A DNA stretch of 64,000 nucleotides. Origin: Octopus vulgaris (taxonomy: Eukaryota). The position numbers were made by a program, and so were the translations under genes. The notes under the pieces are model-generated. The model worked only from the letters and a program-made list of their open reading frames with translations, ran no database searches and was not told the DNA's origin. The stretch covers positions 24,986,001 to 25,050,000 of the forward strand of contig OX597832.1 of assembly GCA_951406725.2 (NCBI GenBank), in the 5' to 3' direction. The first letter of the stretch is position 1; every line of letters starts with the position of its first letter. Shown here one piece after another: positions 14,651-29,190 of the stretch.

Positions 14651-14829
14651 ATATGCACATATACTAAATATAAATATACAATTCATCCATATATATGTAT
14701 GTATACATACTATACATACATATATATTCTATATATATTCATGTGTATATACTATACATACATATATATGTGCATATATACTATACATACATATACATAC
14801 ATACATACATACATACATACATACATACA

Positions 14830-14884
<55 letters not shown>

Positions 14885-15276
14885 ATAACGAAAATGGCAT
14901 GGATGGAAAATTTTATTCTTTATTAATGCATTGCGCCATACGTTTCTGCATACCACATGTACATTTTGCGACGATATTCTTATTCAATATTATTTTTAAT
15001 ATCCATGGATCTTGAGCTTGCCTCTATCCCATGCATATGCTCCATCAGGCATTTGCCGAATAAATATTCCCATCCACAAATCGTTTTCGTTATTACTATA
15101 TTTATCGTAACTTGTAAGGATCTCCGCATATGTATCTATCTTAGAAGATTACCCTGGAAGATTGGAATAACAGGCGGAAGCTGACGACAAAAGGCATAGA
15201 AACTTTACGAGCGCTTTTCAGAGGGATTTGTCCTAAACAAATTGAAGGATATATATATATGCAATATATATGTGTG

Positions 15277-15330
<54 letters not shown>

Positions 15331-15487
15331 GGGATGGGGTCTCTGCGTGGGTGTGTAAAGGAATTGGCCCACATAATCGTAACATATTGCTAAACGGAAT
15401 TTTTTATATTTAAAGCGCCAAACTAATACCCTGGATTTTTTTTCATACACCTGTCTTTGTCTTTTGTTTTTCTATAAATTTTAACTA

Positions 15488-15544
<57 letters not shown>

Positions 15545-15687
15545 GTATATATATATAAAACAGCATTTCGGTAGAGTATCTGGTGTCCGAAATGTTGATG
15601 TCCCAATAACTAATTGATGTATTAGGTATGCTTGTGTGTATGATATGCGTTTATATATACATGTATAGATAGATATATGAGTATATC

Positions 15688-15840
15688 TTTATTCAGTTTT
15701 ATTTCCGGATTTCTTGCCAATAGTGAAAGAGCCGGTTTCTAACCTAGATCCAAGGTTCCTTCATTGGAATTTCAACATCAATGACAGGGTACATTTGTAT
15801 GTATATTTTATACATGTATGTATGTATATATGTATGTAAG

Positions 15841-15890
<50 letters not shown>

Positions 15891-16297
15891 CCTATGTGTG
15901 TATGTATGTATGTATGTATGCATGTCATTGTTCATTTTTATTTAAAGATTTCTTGCCAATAGAGAAAGAACCGGTTTCTAACCTAGATCCAAGGCTCCTT
16001 CATTGGAATTTTAACATCAACTACAGGGTACTTTTCTATGTATGTATGTATGTATATTTTTTCCTCATTCATATACTTGCATATCTAAACATACTCATAT
16101 ATACATAAATAATATACTTCTGGAAAGTTTTACAGATTTTTACAGTTCCAGTCATGGCTTGAATCCGTAGTCTTGGAATCAGCTTTCTCTTTTCTGGTTT
16201 TGAGAAGCCTAATTTTTCATGATTGGCATTTAGCCAGTCTGTTTCATATCCATTTGTCCCAATAATCACAGGTAAAACCTGAATTTGTTATCTGGTT
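15688..16297 (-). mobile_element. R4/Dong-clade RLE LINE 3' end plus a second 3'UTR copy
   Basis: ORF 16069-16269 IIGTNGYETDWLNANHEKLGFSKPEKRKLIPRLRIQAMTGTVKICKTFQK matches an RLE C-terminus. Its 3'UTR (gatttcttgccaatag...ccggtttctaacctagatccaagg...cagggta) is present twice, at ~15700 and ~15945, with a (TACA)n tail. Confidence 0.75.
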
Positions 16298-18189
16298 AGA
16301 GTATGTATGTATGCATGAATGTATGTAAGTATATGCAGCTGTATGTGTTTATGTGTACATGTAATGGCTCACTTCCGCCTACTCACAAACAAACTAGCAC
16401 ACAGGCAAACAGACAGACCTACACAAATCTATATAATGACGTGTGTACGTATGTGTGGGTGTAAGTGTGTGTGTCCGAGTCTGTGTCTATTTTGCATACA
16501 TATGCATGTTGTTATAAGCATATATGAGTTTATATATTCTTTAAAACATTACAAGCTTACCTAAATATGTATCAATATAGCAATCAAGTATGAAAATCGA
16601 CCGAACATAATCAATAATGCAACCATTAATAGTCATTTGAATAAACTAGAATAAAAAAAATCTAGCTAATTCGTTGGGATTTTCACAGGCGAAATTGAAC
16701 ATAGTATAAATACACATGTGTCTTTGTAAAAATATATTAATAAAATTTACTGAATTTGAATTTATAATAATTCATTTATCCTCTTCGAAATGTAAATGAG
16801 AATTGTCCATCTCCGAAATAACAAAAAAATAAATAAAGAAAGAAAGATATATTACAAAATAAATTTATACCTTTTGTCGGTGTATTGGAATAATTGAAGA
16901 GGTGGTCGCGCTGATTGAAGTAATAATTCAGGAAAAATGAAAATTAAACAGAAAAACGCCTCAATTATTCCTATCCTTTGCTAATATTTCGATTTGCTTG
17001 AATTCGTTGTCGAATACATCTTTTATCTTTCATTTCTTTCAGCTATTAGACTGCGACCATTCTTCGACACCGCCATGAAGAACTTTTAGTTTTATTGATC
17101 GATCAAAGTATTAATTTTGTAAGCCTGGTACTTATTCTATCGCGCAATTTTTGCCGAGCCGCTAAGTTACACGCTAACACACCAACACCGGTTGTCAAGC
17201 GGTGTTGGTAGTGCAGGACAAACATAGACGCAAAGACACGAAGACACACACAGACACAGACACAGACAGACAGACAGACACACACACACACACACACACA
17301 TATCTATTATATAAAATCCGTTCTGTCTGTCTGTGTGTAAAAAATTGAAAATAAAAACAATGCGAATGCAACAATGAAAAGTCTCCTTTGTTCAAGGGTC
17401 TTCAGGCCGACATTAATTAGAAATGTCGCATAATTTCACTAATTACTAACACTGTTTTCTTTCAATTTATATACACAAGATACATTCACACTTTCAAAAG
17501 GGTTACTTTACCCGAAATTTATGAGAATGATTATATACTTTAAATGGAAAAGATTATTCTTGATTCATGTTATACATACATATGTGTGTATGTGTCTGTC
17601 TATGAGTACGCATGTGTATAGTCACTTGCTAACGATCTTGCTGTGTGGGGCGTGCAGGCTAAATCACCTTTATCTAAGATTTTGTTTAATATATTTGTGG
17701 TGTGTGGTTTGTGTGGACCGTGTGGTTATGCAGCAATCAACGCAGTCATCGTTCTGTAGATCAACACGACGAAACCTTCCAAGTGCAGAGATTTATGGCA
17801 AGAGATCAAGGAACAAAAGTCAGGAAACAAGGCTAGCTGCGATACAAAACTGTATATAACACCACCAGATTGATGCATTCAGATTGTATGGCGGCCTCTG
17901 ACACGAAAATCTATAGAATTGCTCAGACAAAATTCCAAATCTCTACGAATGAAGTCAAGTGTCATTATTTAGTGAATGGTAGACCAAACACTCACGACAA
18001 AATGTACGACACGCACACACGCTTCACACGCACCTATGTACGTACGTATATATATATAGGTGTATATGTATATATATGTATATATATACATATATATATA
18101 TGCATAAATATATATATGTATTATGCGAATATACATATATATGAATTGTGTATGTAGCTATATGTATATATAAATATTTATCTCTCTCT

Positions 18190-18226
<37 letters not shown>

Positions 18227-19119
18227 GATAGATAGATAGAATGTGAGAATGGATTAGAAATACAATGAAAGTTTAGAATCAATGTGTTAATATATATATT
18301 AATTTATCATACATAATCTGTGTATCTATGTATGTATATATATATATATACATATATATATGTATGTATATGTATGTATATATATATGCACATATATATA
18401 TATATGTATGTACATATATGTATATATATTGATATGTGTATATATATATATATATATATACGTGCATGTATGCATATTGACATAAAACACGTATGGATGT
18501 ATATATGCGTGTGTGTGTGCGTATGTGTGTGTGAGTGTGTAAAGGCAGCTTGAGACGTCCAGAGATGAAAAGTGAGAAGGTTTCAGATAGAAAGATAGAT
18601 AGACCTTAAATATAAGACCTATATATACATAAACATACAAATATATATACATACACACACACACACACACACACATATATAGACATATATATGCACACAA
18701 ATACACACACATACGTATTGTCTGGTAAGGGTTTATTGAAATTCTTCACTGTGGTCAATACTTTTGAAGTAGAATACAGCATTTAGTAAATGAGTTGGCC
18801 TGGAGGCTGTTAGAGGTATTCCGGAAGTCGAATTAGTTGATAAATTCTGCAGTATTTGGCGCACCCACTCTTGGCAAAGGCATGGAACAACAACAAGGAT
18901 ATTAACAACGATAATAACGGCAACACCGGAGATATATTCATAAAAAAATATGAATAACAACCACAACAGCAATAACAACAATAACAATGATGATGATGAT
19001 GATAAAAATGATAATGGAAAAAGACAATAAAAACAATACCATCAAAAGCAGTAATAATATTTGTTTAATTAACGACTAAGTTTTCGCAAAAACCATTGGT
19101 GAATATGTATATTATATTA

Positions 19120-19307
19120 ATGGTGATGACAATGACGATGATGATGATGATGATGTCGACGATGATAATGTTGATGATGACGACGATGTTGATGATGATT
19201 ATGATGATGATGGTGATGATGATGATGTTGACAATGATGATGCTGCTGCTGATGATGATAATGTTGTTGATGATGATGATGATGATGATAATGATGAAGA
19301 TGATGTC

Positions 19308-19352
<45 letters not shown>

Positions 19353-19429
19353 AATGTTGATGATGATGATGATGATGTCAATGAAGATGATGATGATGCT
19401 GATGTCAGTGATGGTGATGATGATGATGG

Positions 19430-19470
<41 letters not shown>

Positions 19471-19535
19471 GTGGTGGTAATGATGGTGATGACGATGATG
19501 ATGATGACGATGAAGTTGCTGATGTCAATGATGAT
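19120..19535. repeat. (GAT)n microsatellite
   Basis: Direct reading; source of the poly-M and poly-S ORFs. Confidence 0.97.
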
Positions 19536-19539
19536 TCTT

Positions 19540-19855
19540 TTCTTTTACTTGTTTCAGTCATTTGACTGCGGCCATGCTGGAGCACCGCCTTTAGTCGAGC
19601 AAATCGAACCCAGGACTTATTCTTTGTAAGCCTGGTACTTGTTTGATCGGTCTCTTTAGTCGAACCGCTAAGTTACGGGGACGTAAACACGCCAGCAATT
19701 GGTTGTCAAGTGATTTGGGGGCGGGGGGGACAAACACAGACACACAAACATATACACACATACATATATTCATATACATATATACAACGGGCTTCTTTTA
19801 TTTTCCGTCTCCCAAATCCACTCAGATGGCTTTGGTCAGCCGGAGGCTATAGTAG
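19540..19855 (-). mobile_element. SINE-A, 5'-truncated
   Basis: ttttacttgtttcagtcatttgactgcggccatgctggagcaccgcc...ggctatagtag. Confidence 0.9.
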
Positions 19856-20134
19856 CGATGTTGGTGGGGGGGGGACAAACACAGATATACAAAAATATAC
19901 ATACATACATACATACATACATCCATCCAACCATACATCCATACATCCATACATCCATACATACATACAAAACTCAATCAAGATGCCCGAAACTTGATAC
20001 GCCAATTGAATGCCATCTAGCTGTTTGTGATTGGTCGGAGATTTGGACAGTACTCGCGTGTATGTGCGCACGCACACAGCTGTATATGCCAGCAACGCCG
20101 GGTCAGCAGAAATTCGCCTTTATTTTCCGCCGGA

Positions 20135-20252
20135 GCCACGAGGAATCTAGGTGTTTTTCACTCATAACTCACACATCACCCATTCTAAGATTCGAGCCCG
20201 CGATCCCTCGACTGCGAGTCCGCTACTCTAACCACTAGGCCATACGCCTCTA
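20135..20252 (-). mobile_element. SINE-C head, degenerate
   Basis: gatccctcgactgcgagtccgctactctaaccactaggccatacgcctc is the reverse complement of the SINE-C head at 26624. Confidence 0.75.
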
Positions 20253-20806
20253 CATGACAATAGATTTCACCAAATGGCTTCTATGCAGTGATAACAGTAT
20301 TGCAAAGTGAAATTCTTAACTATACATCGATACTTTTCCACATGGATGGAGAGAAAGATCAAAATCACGTGCAAAGGGAAAAATCGTAACTAGAAACCAG
20401 GAGATATAAATTCTTACGTATCTACGTTCACGTGTGCTACGCTGAAGAACTGTAGTTTATCTTAACAAATAAGAGCAAATATCACACGTTCTATATGTCT
20501 AAAATATGAGTATGTGTGTCTGTGTTCGTATGTGTGTGCGTGGATAAGTTTGTCACGCTCTTATCTGAGTTTGATCTTCAAACATTCTTTAATCGACCTT
20601 CTCATCTTAATATGTTTACGGATTCCTTTCCGAGTGCCTTTCGTAACCACAGTCAATAAATCACGGACCTCAGTAGGCCGCCTCTAAACTATTAAATATT
20701 ACATGGCTTTTTGTCTCTCCCGTTTTTTTATCTTTTTGTTGCTGTGAAGATCTATCTTTTGGATGATCTATCCAGATAAAATCATCTCTCTCTCTCTCTC
20801 TCTTTT

Positions 20807-20935
<129 letters not shown>

Positions 20936-20936
20936 G

Positions 20937-20970
<34 letters not shown>

Positions 20971-21194
20971 TGTATGTATGTATGTATGTATGTTGCAAGA
21001 ACAGGTGTATAGTTAAGAAGCTAGCTTTGCGACCACGCGGTTTTCGGTTCAGTCCCACGTTGTAGCAAATTACACAGATATCTTCTACGATAGCCCCCGG
21101 TTGACCAATGCCTTGTGAGGGGATTTGGTAGATGGTAAGTTCGTAGAAGCAAGACGTACGTACATACATATATATGTATATGTATATATGTATG

Positions 21195-21243
<49 letters not shown>

Positions 21244-21244
21244 G

Positions 21245-21299
<55 letters not shown>

Positions 21300-21789
21300 A
21301 TATATATATATGTATATATATATATTCTGTGTGTGCGTCTTTGTCCCCAACCCGGTGTTGACTTGGTTACATCCTCGTAACACGAAAGTTCGTCCAAAAC
21401 AGAGAAAATAAAGACACCATTAAAATAAGTAAATCTAAGTAGGTTCCTGCATTAAAATAAATTATTACTGCGGTCGATTTCTTCAACGAAACCCAATCAC
21501 ATATTTACAAGCATCGGAAACTTTCTTCACTCAAAATGTCTTGTCGCTTCGTTAGTAACCGGTTTCAACTCTCTCGAGAACTTAATTAAAACTCGGATAA
21601 AATACATACATATGTGTGTTCGTACGTCTGTATGTACACACAAACACAACACACACTTACACATTATATCGCTAATTATTAGTATTGCTTGAAGTAGTAA
21701 TTGTTCTAGTAGTGGCAGGCAGAAGAGCAGATAGAAAGAAAAGTGGACGAATGGAGGCTTCATATCTTAAGTTCGCATAGAACATTAAC

Positions 21790-22230
21790 CGTATCTTTTC
21801 AGTTTGAACGGCAGTTTTTTCTAGCGGTGTCATATGAAATTGTCCCCCATAATTATGACCCTAGTATCGATCTATTGCATTTCAATCTGCTTTAGGGTTA
21901 GGGTTAGAGTTAGGGCTAGGGTTAGGGGTGGGGGGAAGGGTATCTTTTTTTTCTTCAGAAATGTAAATAAACCCAATCTGTTTCTTAAACGAGGGACATA
22001 TTTATACTGCATAGAATGTTTTTTTTACCTCAATGGACGTCAGTGATTGGTTGAAATTGCAGTAATTGAAGGAAAAAAAACAACAAATATCTTACAAACT
22101 ATAGAATTTTCTCAATAAAGCCAAGAGAAAAAGATGTTTTATAAACACATTCTACCAGTATACGAAGTTTAAAATTGTTTAGTTACCTAGAAATTATGTA
22201 AAAAACTGCCGTTCAAACCGAAAAGATCCG
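21790..22230. mobile_element. 441-bp MITE with ~30-bp TIRs, 9-bp TSD and internal (TTAGGG)n
   Basis: TIRs cgtatcttttcagtttgaacggcagtttttt / aaaaaactgccgttcaaaccgaaaagatccg. TSD aacattaac at 21781-21789 and 22231-22239. About 6 telomere-like units at 21892-21927. Confidence 0.92.
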
Positions 22231-22844
22231 AACATTAACCTAATTTAACGAACATTTGAGCAATATCATTTTTCTTTCACCTGTTTTTATCCCCGCTTTG
22301 TTTTCATCAATCCTCAATTATCATTCATCATTCGTCATTCAACAGCATCTACGCATCGTGAAAACTGACCACAACTGCAGCCTAACGAAGCGAGATTTAG
22401 TCACAATGACATTCACTCAAAAAAAAAATAATAATTTGCCGCATCACTAATAAGAATATCAATATGCAAATCAATAACTGATTATTTTTTAGACAAGTCT
22501 ACACTTGCTTGATAGTATTGCGTCGAAGTCTGCCTTATTAACATTGGATACAGATACAGTTATGGACGAATAATTCTAATTTCGCTTCGTAATCATAAGG
22601 TTCCGTGTTCAATACCAAGGAGGGGTACCAAAACAGATGTCTTTCACTATAATGTTTGTCCAGCAGAACTCCTAAGAGTAAAAGCTTTTATAATGAATTT
22701 AATGTAAAAGCGGTTAAGTGTTTGACTGCCCTAATGATTTCATAAGTGATAAATGAGCTCAAATATACCTCCGAAAATATTTACTCGTCAAACCTTACCT
22801 TATACACTTTGATGGTCAAAAAGCCATTTATTTCCCAGTGGATT

Positions 22845-23155
22845 TTCTACTCTGGGCACAAAATCCGAAATTTGGGGGAAGTGGGGGGCAGTCGATTAGA
22901 TCGACCCCTGTACGCAATTGGTACATAATTTAGCAACCCCGAAAGGATGAAAGGCAAAGTCGACCTCGGCGGAATTTGAACTTAGAACGTAGGCAGATGA
23001 AATACTGCTGTGCATTTTGCCCGGCGTGCTAACGTTTCTGCCAGCGCGCCGCTCTAGAGTCTTTCCTACTCTAGGCACAAGGCCCGAAATTTTGCTTTTG
23101 GAAGTGGGGCAGTCGATTAGATCGCCCCCAGTACGCAACTGGTACTTAATGTATC
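22845..23155 (-). mobile_element. SINE-B variant subfamily, 1.5 copies
   Basis: cccgaaaggatgaaaggcaaagtcgacctcggcggaatttgaac...ccggcgtgctaacgtttctgccagc with alternative tail ctactctaggcacaagg. Confidence 0.85.
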
Positions 23156-23199
23156 GAAGTGCTTTGCATGCAGTGCTTTGGTGGTTTCGTTTTTGATTT

Positions 23200-23417
23200 T
23201 TTACTTGTTTCAGTCATTAGACTGCGGCCTTGCTGTGACACCGCCTTCAACCATTTTTAGTCGATTGATTCAACTCTAGTACATTTTCTTTGTTATTAAA
23301 CTTGGTACTTATTCTATCGGTTAATTATGCCGAACCGTTAAGTTACGGGAACGTAAACACAACAGCACTGGTTGTCAAATGGTGCTGATGGTGTGGGACA
23401 GACAGACAAACAGACAG

Positions 23418-23461
<44 letters not shown>

Positions 23462-23635
23462 GTGTGTGTGTATATACGAGGAGCTTCTTTCAGTTTTCAC
23501 CTACCAAAATCCACTCACAACTCTGTGGTCGGCTCGAGGCTATAGTAGAAGCTACTTGCCCGAGGTGACACCCAGTGGGGCCGAACCTGAAACCACGTGA
23601 TTGGGAAGCAAAATCCTTACCACACGGCCACGCCA
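23200..23635 (-). mobile_element. SINE-A, older full-length copy
   Basis: Colinear with 6092-6472 but more diverged. Confidence 0.85.
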
Positions 23636-24447
23636 CAGGCTTGAACGCGAGGATCATCTCAGAATCTCCGCACTATATTAAAAATTAGGACGTGAAAGAA
23701 AGACACCGCAGGCCATTTTGTCAGCTGCTGTCAAAGACCCTGTTTACCATGTGTAATAAATAATAAAAAAAACTTCTAAAGAAGTTTTGGTCTGAAATGG
23801 TGAAACAATCGACAGAATGTGATAACAACTTTTTCCAGACATGAATCAAAGATCAAACAACGCTAAGAGTTCTCAGTAATGACATCATTCTATGGCATTT
23901 GTGTTGTGGTAGAATTTATCTAATAATTTCATATTTAATTCAGTATCGGCACCTGCGCTTTTCGTTTCAGTTCAACAAAATACATTTTATTATTTAGTAA
24001 CTTTACCAGGTTCACTCACCGACATTTATTAAAATATAAAGAAAATTATGTTGTTCTTTTTTTAATTTTCTACTTTTAAATGTTTATATATGTGTATATA
24101 ATTTAAAATGTCGCGTCACCGTAGATTATGGGGTTCGATTGCTTACACGAGAAAAACATTTGAGTAAAGATACAATTCTAAAAACAAAAAAAGAGGAAAA
24201 AAAATTTAAATTAAAGAAAATTTTCTTCGGGCTACAATATAACAATAAGTATTTCAGAGTTTAATAGTAATAAAATTAGTCTTGGGGGTTGGTGTTAGAG
24301 GCGCCGATATTATTAATATACTATTTATTACTATGCATTAAAATATGTACCGTTATCTTTCTGACTTAAAGAGCACGAACATATTTTAGAAATGTGTTAC
24401 TTCAGTATATATACATACATACTTAATTGTATAAACATACACACATG

Positions 24448-24504
<57 letters not shown>

Positions 24505-24773
24505 TTTAATATATATATGTATATATATATATATCTACATATATATATGTATATATATCTGTATATATATCTGTATATATATATGTACGTGTGTATGTAC
24601 GCACATATATGTATAAATATATGTATATATATATATATGCATATATATATATATATGTATATATATCTGTATATATATATGTACGTGTGTATGTACGCAC
24701 ATATATGTATAAATATATGTATATATATATATGCATATATATATATATATGTATATATATGTATTTATATATG

Positions 24774-24832
<59 letters not shown>

Positions 24833-25746
24833 GTACATATATATGTATATGTGTATATGTATATATATATATGCATATATATATATGCATATGTATATAT
24901 ATATATATGTATATATATATGTTTCTTTGTATGTGTATATGTATATATATGTGTGTGTGTATGTGTATTTTCTCTCTCTTCCTTTTTCTAATTCTTTTTT
25001 TCTCCCCATCACTGTTTTTTATCTGTCTCTCTCCCTCTCTTTCTCCTTCCCTCTCTGTCTCTCTATCTCTAATTGCTCCCATGTGACCATCGTCCATCTT
25101 TCTTTTCCTTCAGTCTGTCGCTCAGACCAGAGGTATTCTTATCTGTCTCCACCCCTATCTTTTCTCTTATCAAAGAATATTCCGCCAGCGTTCGTTACTT
25201 TACCTCGTCTGTCCTAACGGCCCTCAATGTTTGTTTTTCGTGTGGGTTGTTGTATGTTGTATGTCTCCCCTGGCCTGATTTTCTTACCAAATTTGATCCT
25301 CCGCAAATCGCAAATTTTATTTTGGTTCTTGGGAGCAACTGTTTTTCAAAGCCACATATTGTCGTGAATTGCTCGAAATGTGGAGTAGATAAACAGCCGA
25401 CAACTGACGAAAGCTCATACTTTATGTTATTGATTTGGTTTTCCATTTGCATCTCTGGCTTTTTCATCCCCATGTTTGCCGTCGTATTTCATGTTTTCGT
25501 AGTTCGCAATCCTTTCGTTTACATTTTGTGACGTACTGTACTGATATATGTATATATACATATGTGTGTACGTACATATATATGTATATGTGTGTATATA
25601 TATGTATATATATATGTATATATATAGATGTATATAGATGTATATATATGTATGTATATATATATACATATATAGATGTATATATGTATATATATATATG
25701 TATGTATATATGTATATATATGTATATATATGTATATATATAGATG

Positions 25747-25783
<37 letters not shown>

Positions 25784-25944
25784 GCAATTGTTTGTTTGTT
25801 TTCCACCTGCCTTCGTCTTTTGTCTATTTTCATAAAGCTTCCCGTTATATAGATATACATATATAGATGTATATATATGTATTATATATATGTATATATA
25901 TATATATGTATGTATATATGTATATATACATATATAGATGTATA

Positions 25945-25996
<52 letters not shown>

Positions 25997-26623
25997 AATA
26001 CAATTGAAATTGGAATTGCTCGCTAGTTGAGCTTCATGCTAGTGCAATCATTAGGCGCGCACTAGTGATATAAAACTTGCGTTCAGTTTTAATAAGTAAG
26101 TATATCCTATACAACATATATGAATGAGCGCCACGCTTTCTTTCAAACGTCACTAAAAGAAAATTTTGTGTCCAGTTCCTTCGGTCACCGCCTTCTCGTT
26201 AACGAGACGTTGCTTGTGCATGACAGTACACCTAGGGAGCCGACCAAACACGTAATGAGCGAATACGAACAAATACGTCAACTGATTAAAAATAGGCAGC
26301 AACAACAAATAGGCAACCTTTTTAAGCATCACAGCTTCGCTTTCCTAAATCCCCATATACTACGAATGAAACAAGCGCACGTTGATGAAAATATTCCCGG
26401 AGTTCCGTCTGAATTACTAGCAAAACTATATGAAAAATTTCAATCGCAACAAGCCAAATTAATTACCGTCAGCAGACGATCAGATAGCACAGCAAGCTGA
26501 TCGAGATGGTTCACTCATTAGGTTATTAAATTTATTGTTATTTGATTAGTGTCTTTGCCAAGAATATTTTTCAAAGGATGAAGTGAGACAAAACATATTA
26601 CAATTATATGTTATTTACTAAAT

Positions 26624-27006
26624 GGAGGCGCAATGGCCCAGTGGTTAGGGCAGCGGACTCGCGGTCGTAGGATCGCGGTTTCGATTCCCAGACCGGGCGT
26701 TGTGAGTGTTTATTGAGCGAAAACACCTAAAGCTCCACGAGGCTCCGGCAGGGGATGGTGGTGATCCCTGCTGTACTCTTTCACCACAACTTTCTCTCAC
26801 TTTTTCTTCCTGTTTCTGTTGTACCTGTATTTCAAAGGACCGGCCTTGTCACTCTCTGTGTCACGCTGAATATCCTTGAGAACTACGTTAAGGGTACACG
26901 TTTCTGTGGAGTGCTCAGCCACTTACACGTTAATTTCACGAGCAGGCTGTTCCGTTGGTTGGATCAACCGGGACCCTCATCGTCGTAACCGACGGAGTGC
27001 TTCCAC
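26624..27006 (+). mobile_element. SINE-C, full-length tRNA-derived SINE with TSD
   Basis: Head tggcccagtggttagggc / ggtttcgattccc. TSD atttactaaat at 26613-26623 and 27007-27017. Confidence 0.93.
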
Positions 27007-27944
27007 ATTTACTAAATATTTACTAAATATTATTTAGCAAATATATATTTATTTACTGAATATACATTTCTCTAACCTATCTTTTTTAAACCAAAGCCAA
27101 ATTATTAGAATATATAAAATAAGAAACTTTCCTACTTGCTTTTCCCTCCTCTCTCTCTCTCTCTCTCTCTCTGTCTCTTTCTCTGTCTCTCTCTCTTCTA
27201 TTACGGATGCGAGCTATCTTTATCTTATTCTCTTTCTCTTTTCTCTCCTACTTTTTGACGTTTCAATATTCTTACCATCATCATTTCTGTTACCATAATG
27301 TACTATTATCTGTCGAAAGTTTGTATTTCATCATTTTTTTCCATCTATGTATATTTTACTACTTTTCTTTCTCTCGCTCCTCTCGTCCCCCTGTATTCTC
27401 CCCCCCCCCAACATATAAACTCCACTATCTCATGGCCGCCTTCGTCAACTCCATCACCATAACTACTATCTTTTCTATATTTAAGTCACTTCCATTTCAG
27501 TTACACAAAAGGTGGATGGGAACTTATTATTAATATATAGAACTTGTCATTTTATTGTCCTTAATCAATTCTCTGATCTGTTTTTCTCTATTATTCATTA
27601 AGCATCGTTGTTAGCTCTTTATTGATAAACCATCTGGTGGCACCTAGGACTTATTGTTATGCAGAACCGCTCCATTGTGAAAGACTTTGAAGCCATCACA
27701 CGATCGTCATAATATTTAGAAAATGTGACTGTCATTTAATCATTTAGTCATTTACCTGTTTCAGCCATTTGAGTGCGGCCATGCTGGAGCACAGCATTTC
27801 GATATCATCATTATCATCGTCATCATTGTCATCATCATCATCGTCTCCATCATCAATCATCACCATTATTATTATTATTATTGTCATCGTCGTCGTCATC
27901 ATCATCATCATCCAGAATAACAACAACGCAGAATAACAACCTAC

Positions 27945-28477
27945 GGATTAAGTCGATTATATCGACACCAGTGCGTAACTGGTACTTAATTTAACGACTC
28001 CGAAAGGATCAAAAGCAAAGTCGACTTCGGCGGAATTTGAACTCAAAACGTAACGGCAGACGAAATACCTATTTCTTTACTACCCACAAGGGGCTAAATA
28101 CAGAGAGGATAAACAAGGACAGACAAACGGATTAAGTCGATTATATCGAACCCAGTAACTGTTACTTATTTAATCGACCCCAAAAGGATGAAAAGCAAAG
28201 TCGACCTCGGTGGAATATGAACTCAGAACATAACGGCAGACGAAATACCTATTTCTTTACTACCCACAAGGGGCTAAACACAGAGGATAAACAAGGACAG
28301 ACAAACGGATTAAGTCGATTATATCGAACCCAGTAACTGTTACTTATTTAATCGACCCCAAAAGGATGAGAGGCTAAGTCGACCTCGGCGGAATTTGAAC
28401 TCAGAACGTAAGGTCAGACGAAACACGGCTACGCATTTCGCCCGGCATGTTAACGTTTCTGCCAGCTCACCGCCTTC
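27945..28477 (-). mobile_element. SINE-B tandem trimer (one head, three bodies)
   Basis: ~180-bp unit repeats with junction gacgaaatacctatttctttactacccacaagggg at ~28060 and ~28240; a single head at 28430-28477. Confidence 0.92.
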
Positions 28478-28721
28478 AATTCAGTCTTGCCCTTGGCTGA
28501 AACGGTAACAGCAGAAGCGAAAGACGAATGGGGGTGTACGTTTTAAAGTGGTCATCTAATCTACTGGAAATAACAACCCATAAGTTCTCAAATTCTACCT
28601 TACCGTCTTAGGAACAAAAATAACGAACGGCGTGCTAACGAGTCTGCCAGCTCACTGCATTGCCTACACCAATAACAAAAGTTGGTCAACGACTTAGAAA
28701 AGTTAATAAATAGATAAATAA

Positions 28722-29110
28722 TGGATGGAAGCACTCCGTCGGTTACGACGATGAGGGTTCCGGTTGATCCGAATCAACGGAACAGCCTGCTCGTGAAATT
28801 AACGTGTAAGTGGTTGAGCACTCCACAGACACGTGCACCCTTAACGTAGTTCTCGGGGATATTCAGCGTGACACAGAGAGTGACAAGGCCGGCCCCTTGA
28901 AATACAGGTACAACAGAAACAGGAAGTAAGAGTGAGAGAAAGTTGTGGTGAAAGAGTACAGCAGGGATCACCACCATCCCCTGCCGGAACCTCGTGGAGC
29001 TTTAGGTGTTTTCGCTCAATAAACACTCACAACGCCCGGTCTTGGAATCGAAACCGCGATCCTACGACCGCGAGTCCGCTGCCCTAACCACTGGGCCATT
29101 GCGCCTCCAC
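28722..29110 (-). mobile_element. SINE-C, full-length with TSD
   Basis: Reverse complement of 26624-27006 at high identity. TSD agataaataa at 28712-28721 and 29111-29120. Confidence 0.93.
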
Positions 29111-29141
29111 AGATAAATAAATAAAGAGATGAATGAATGAA

Positions 29142-29190
<49 letters not shown>

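Noticed and set aside
17301-17520. Helitron-like 5' end (tctattatataaaa...tctgtctgtctg) with a possible 3' hairpin at ~20087-20107
   Set aside because: No CTRR terminus and no evidence that the two pieces belong together.
21892-21927. True telomere or chromosome-fusion scar
   Set aside because: Only about 6 imperfect units, lying inside a TIR/TSD-bounded element.
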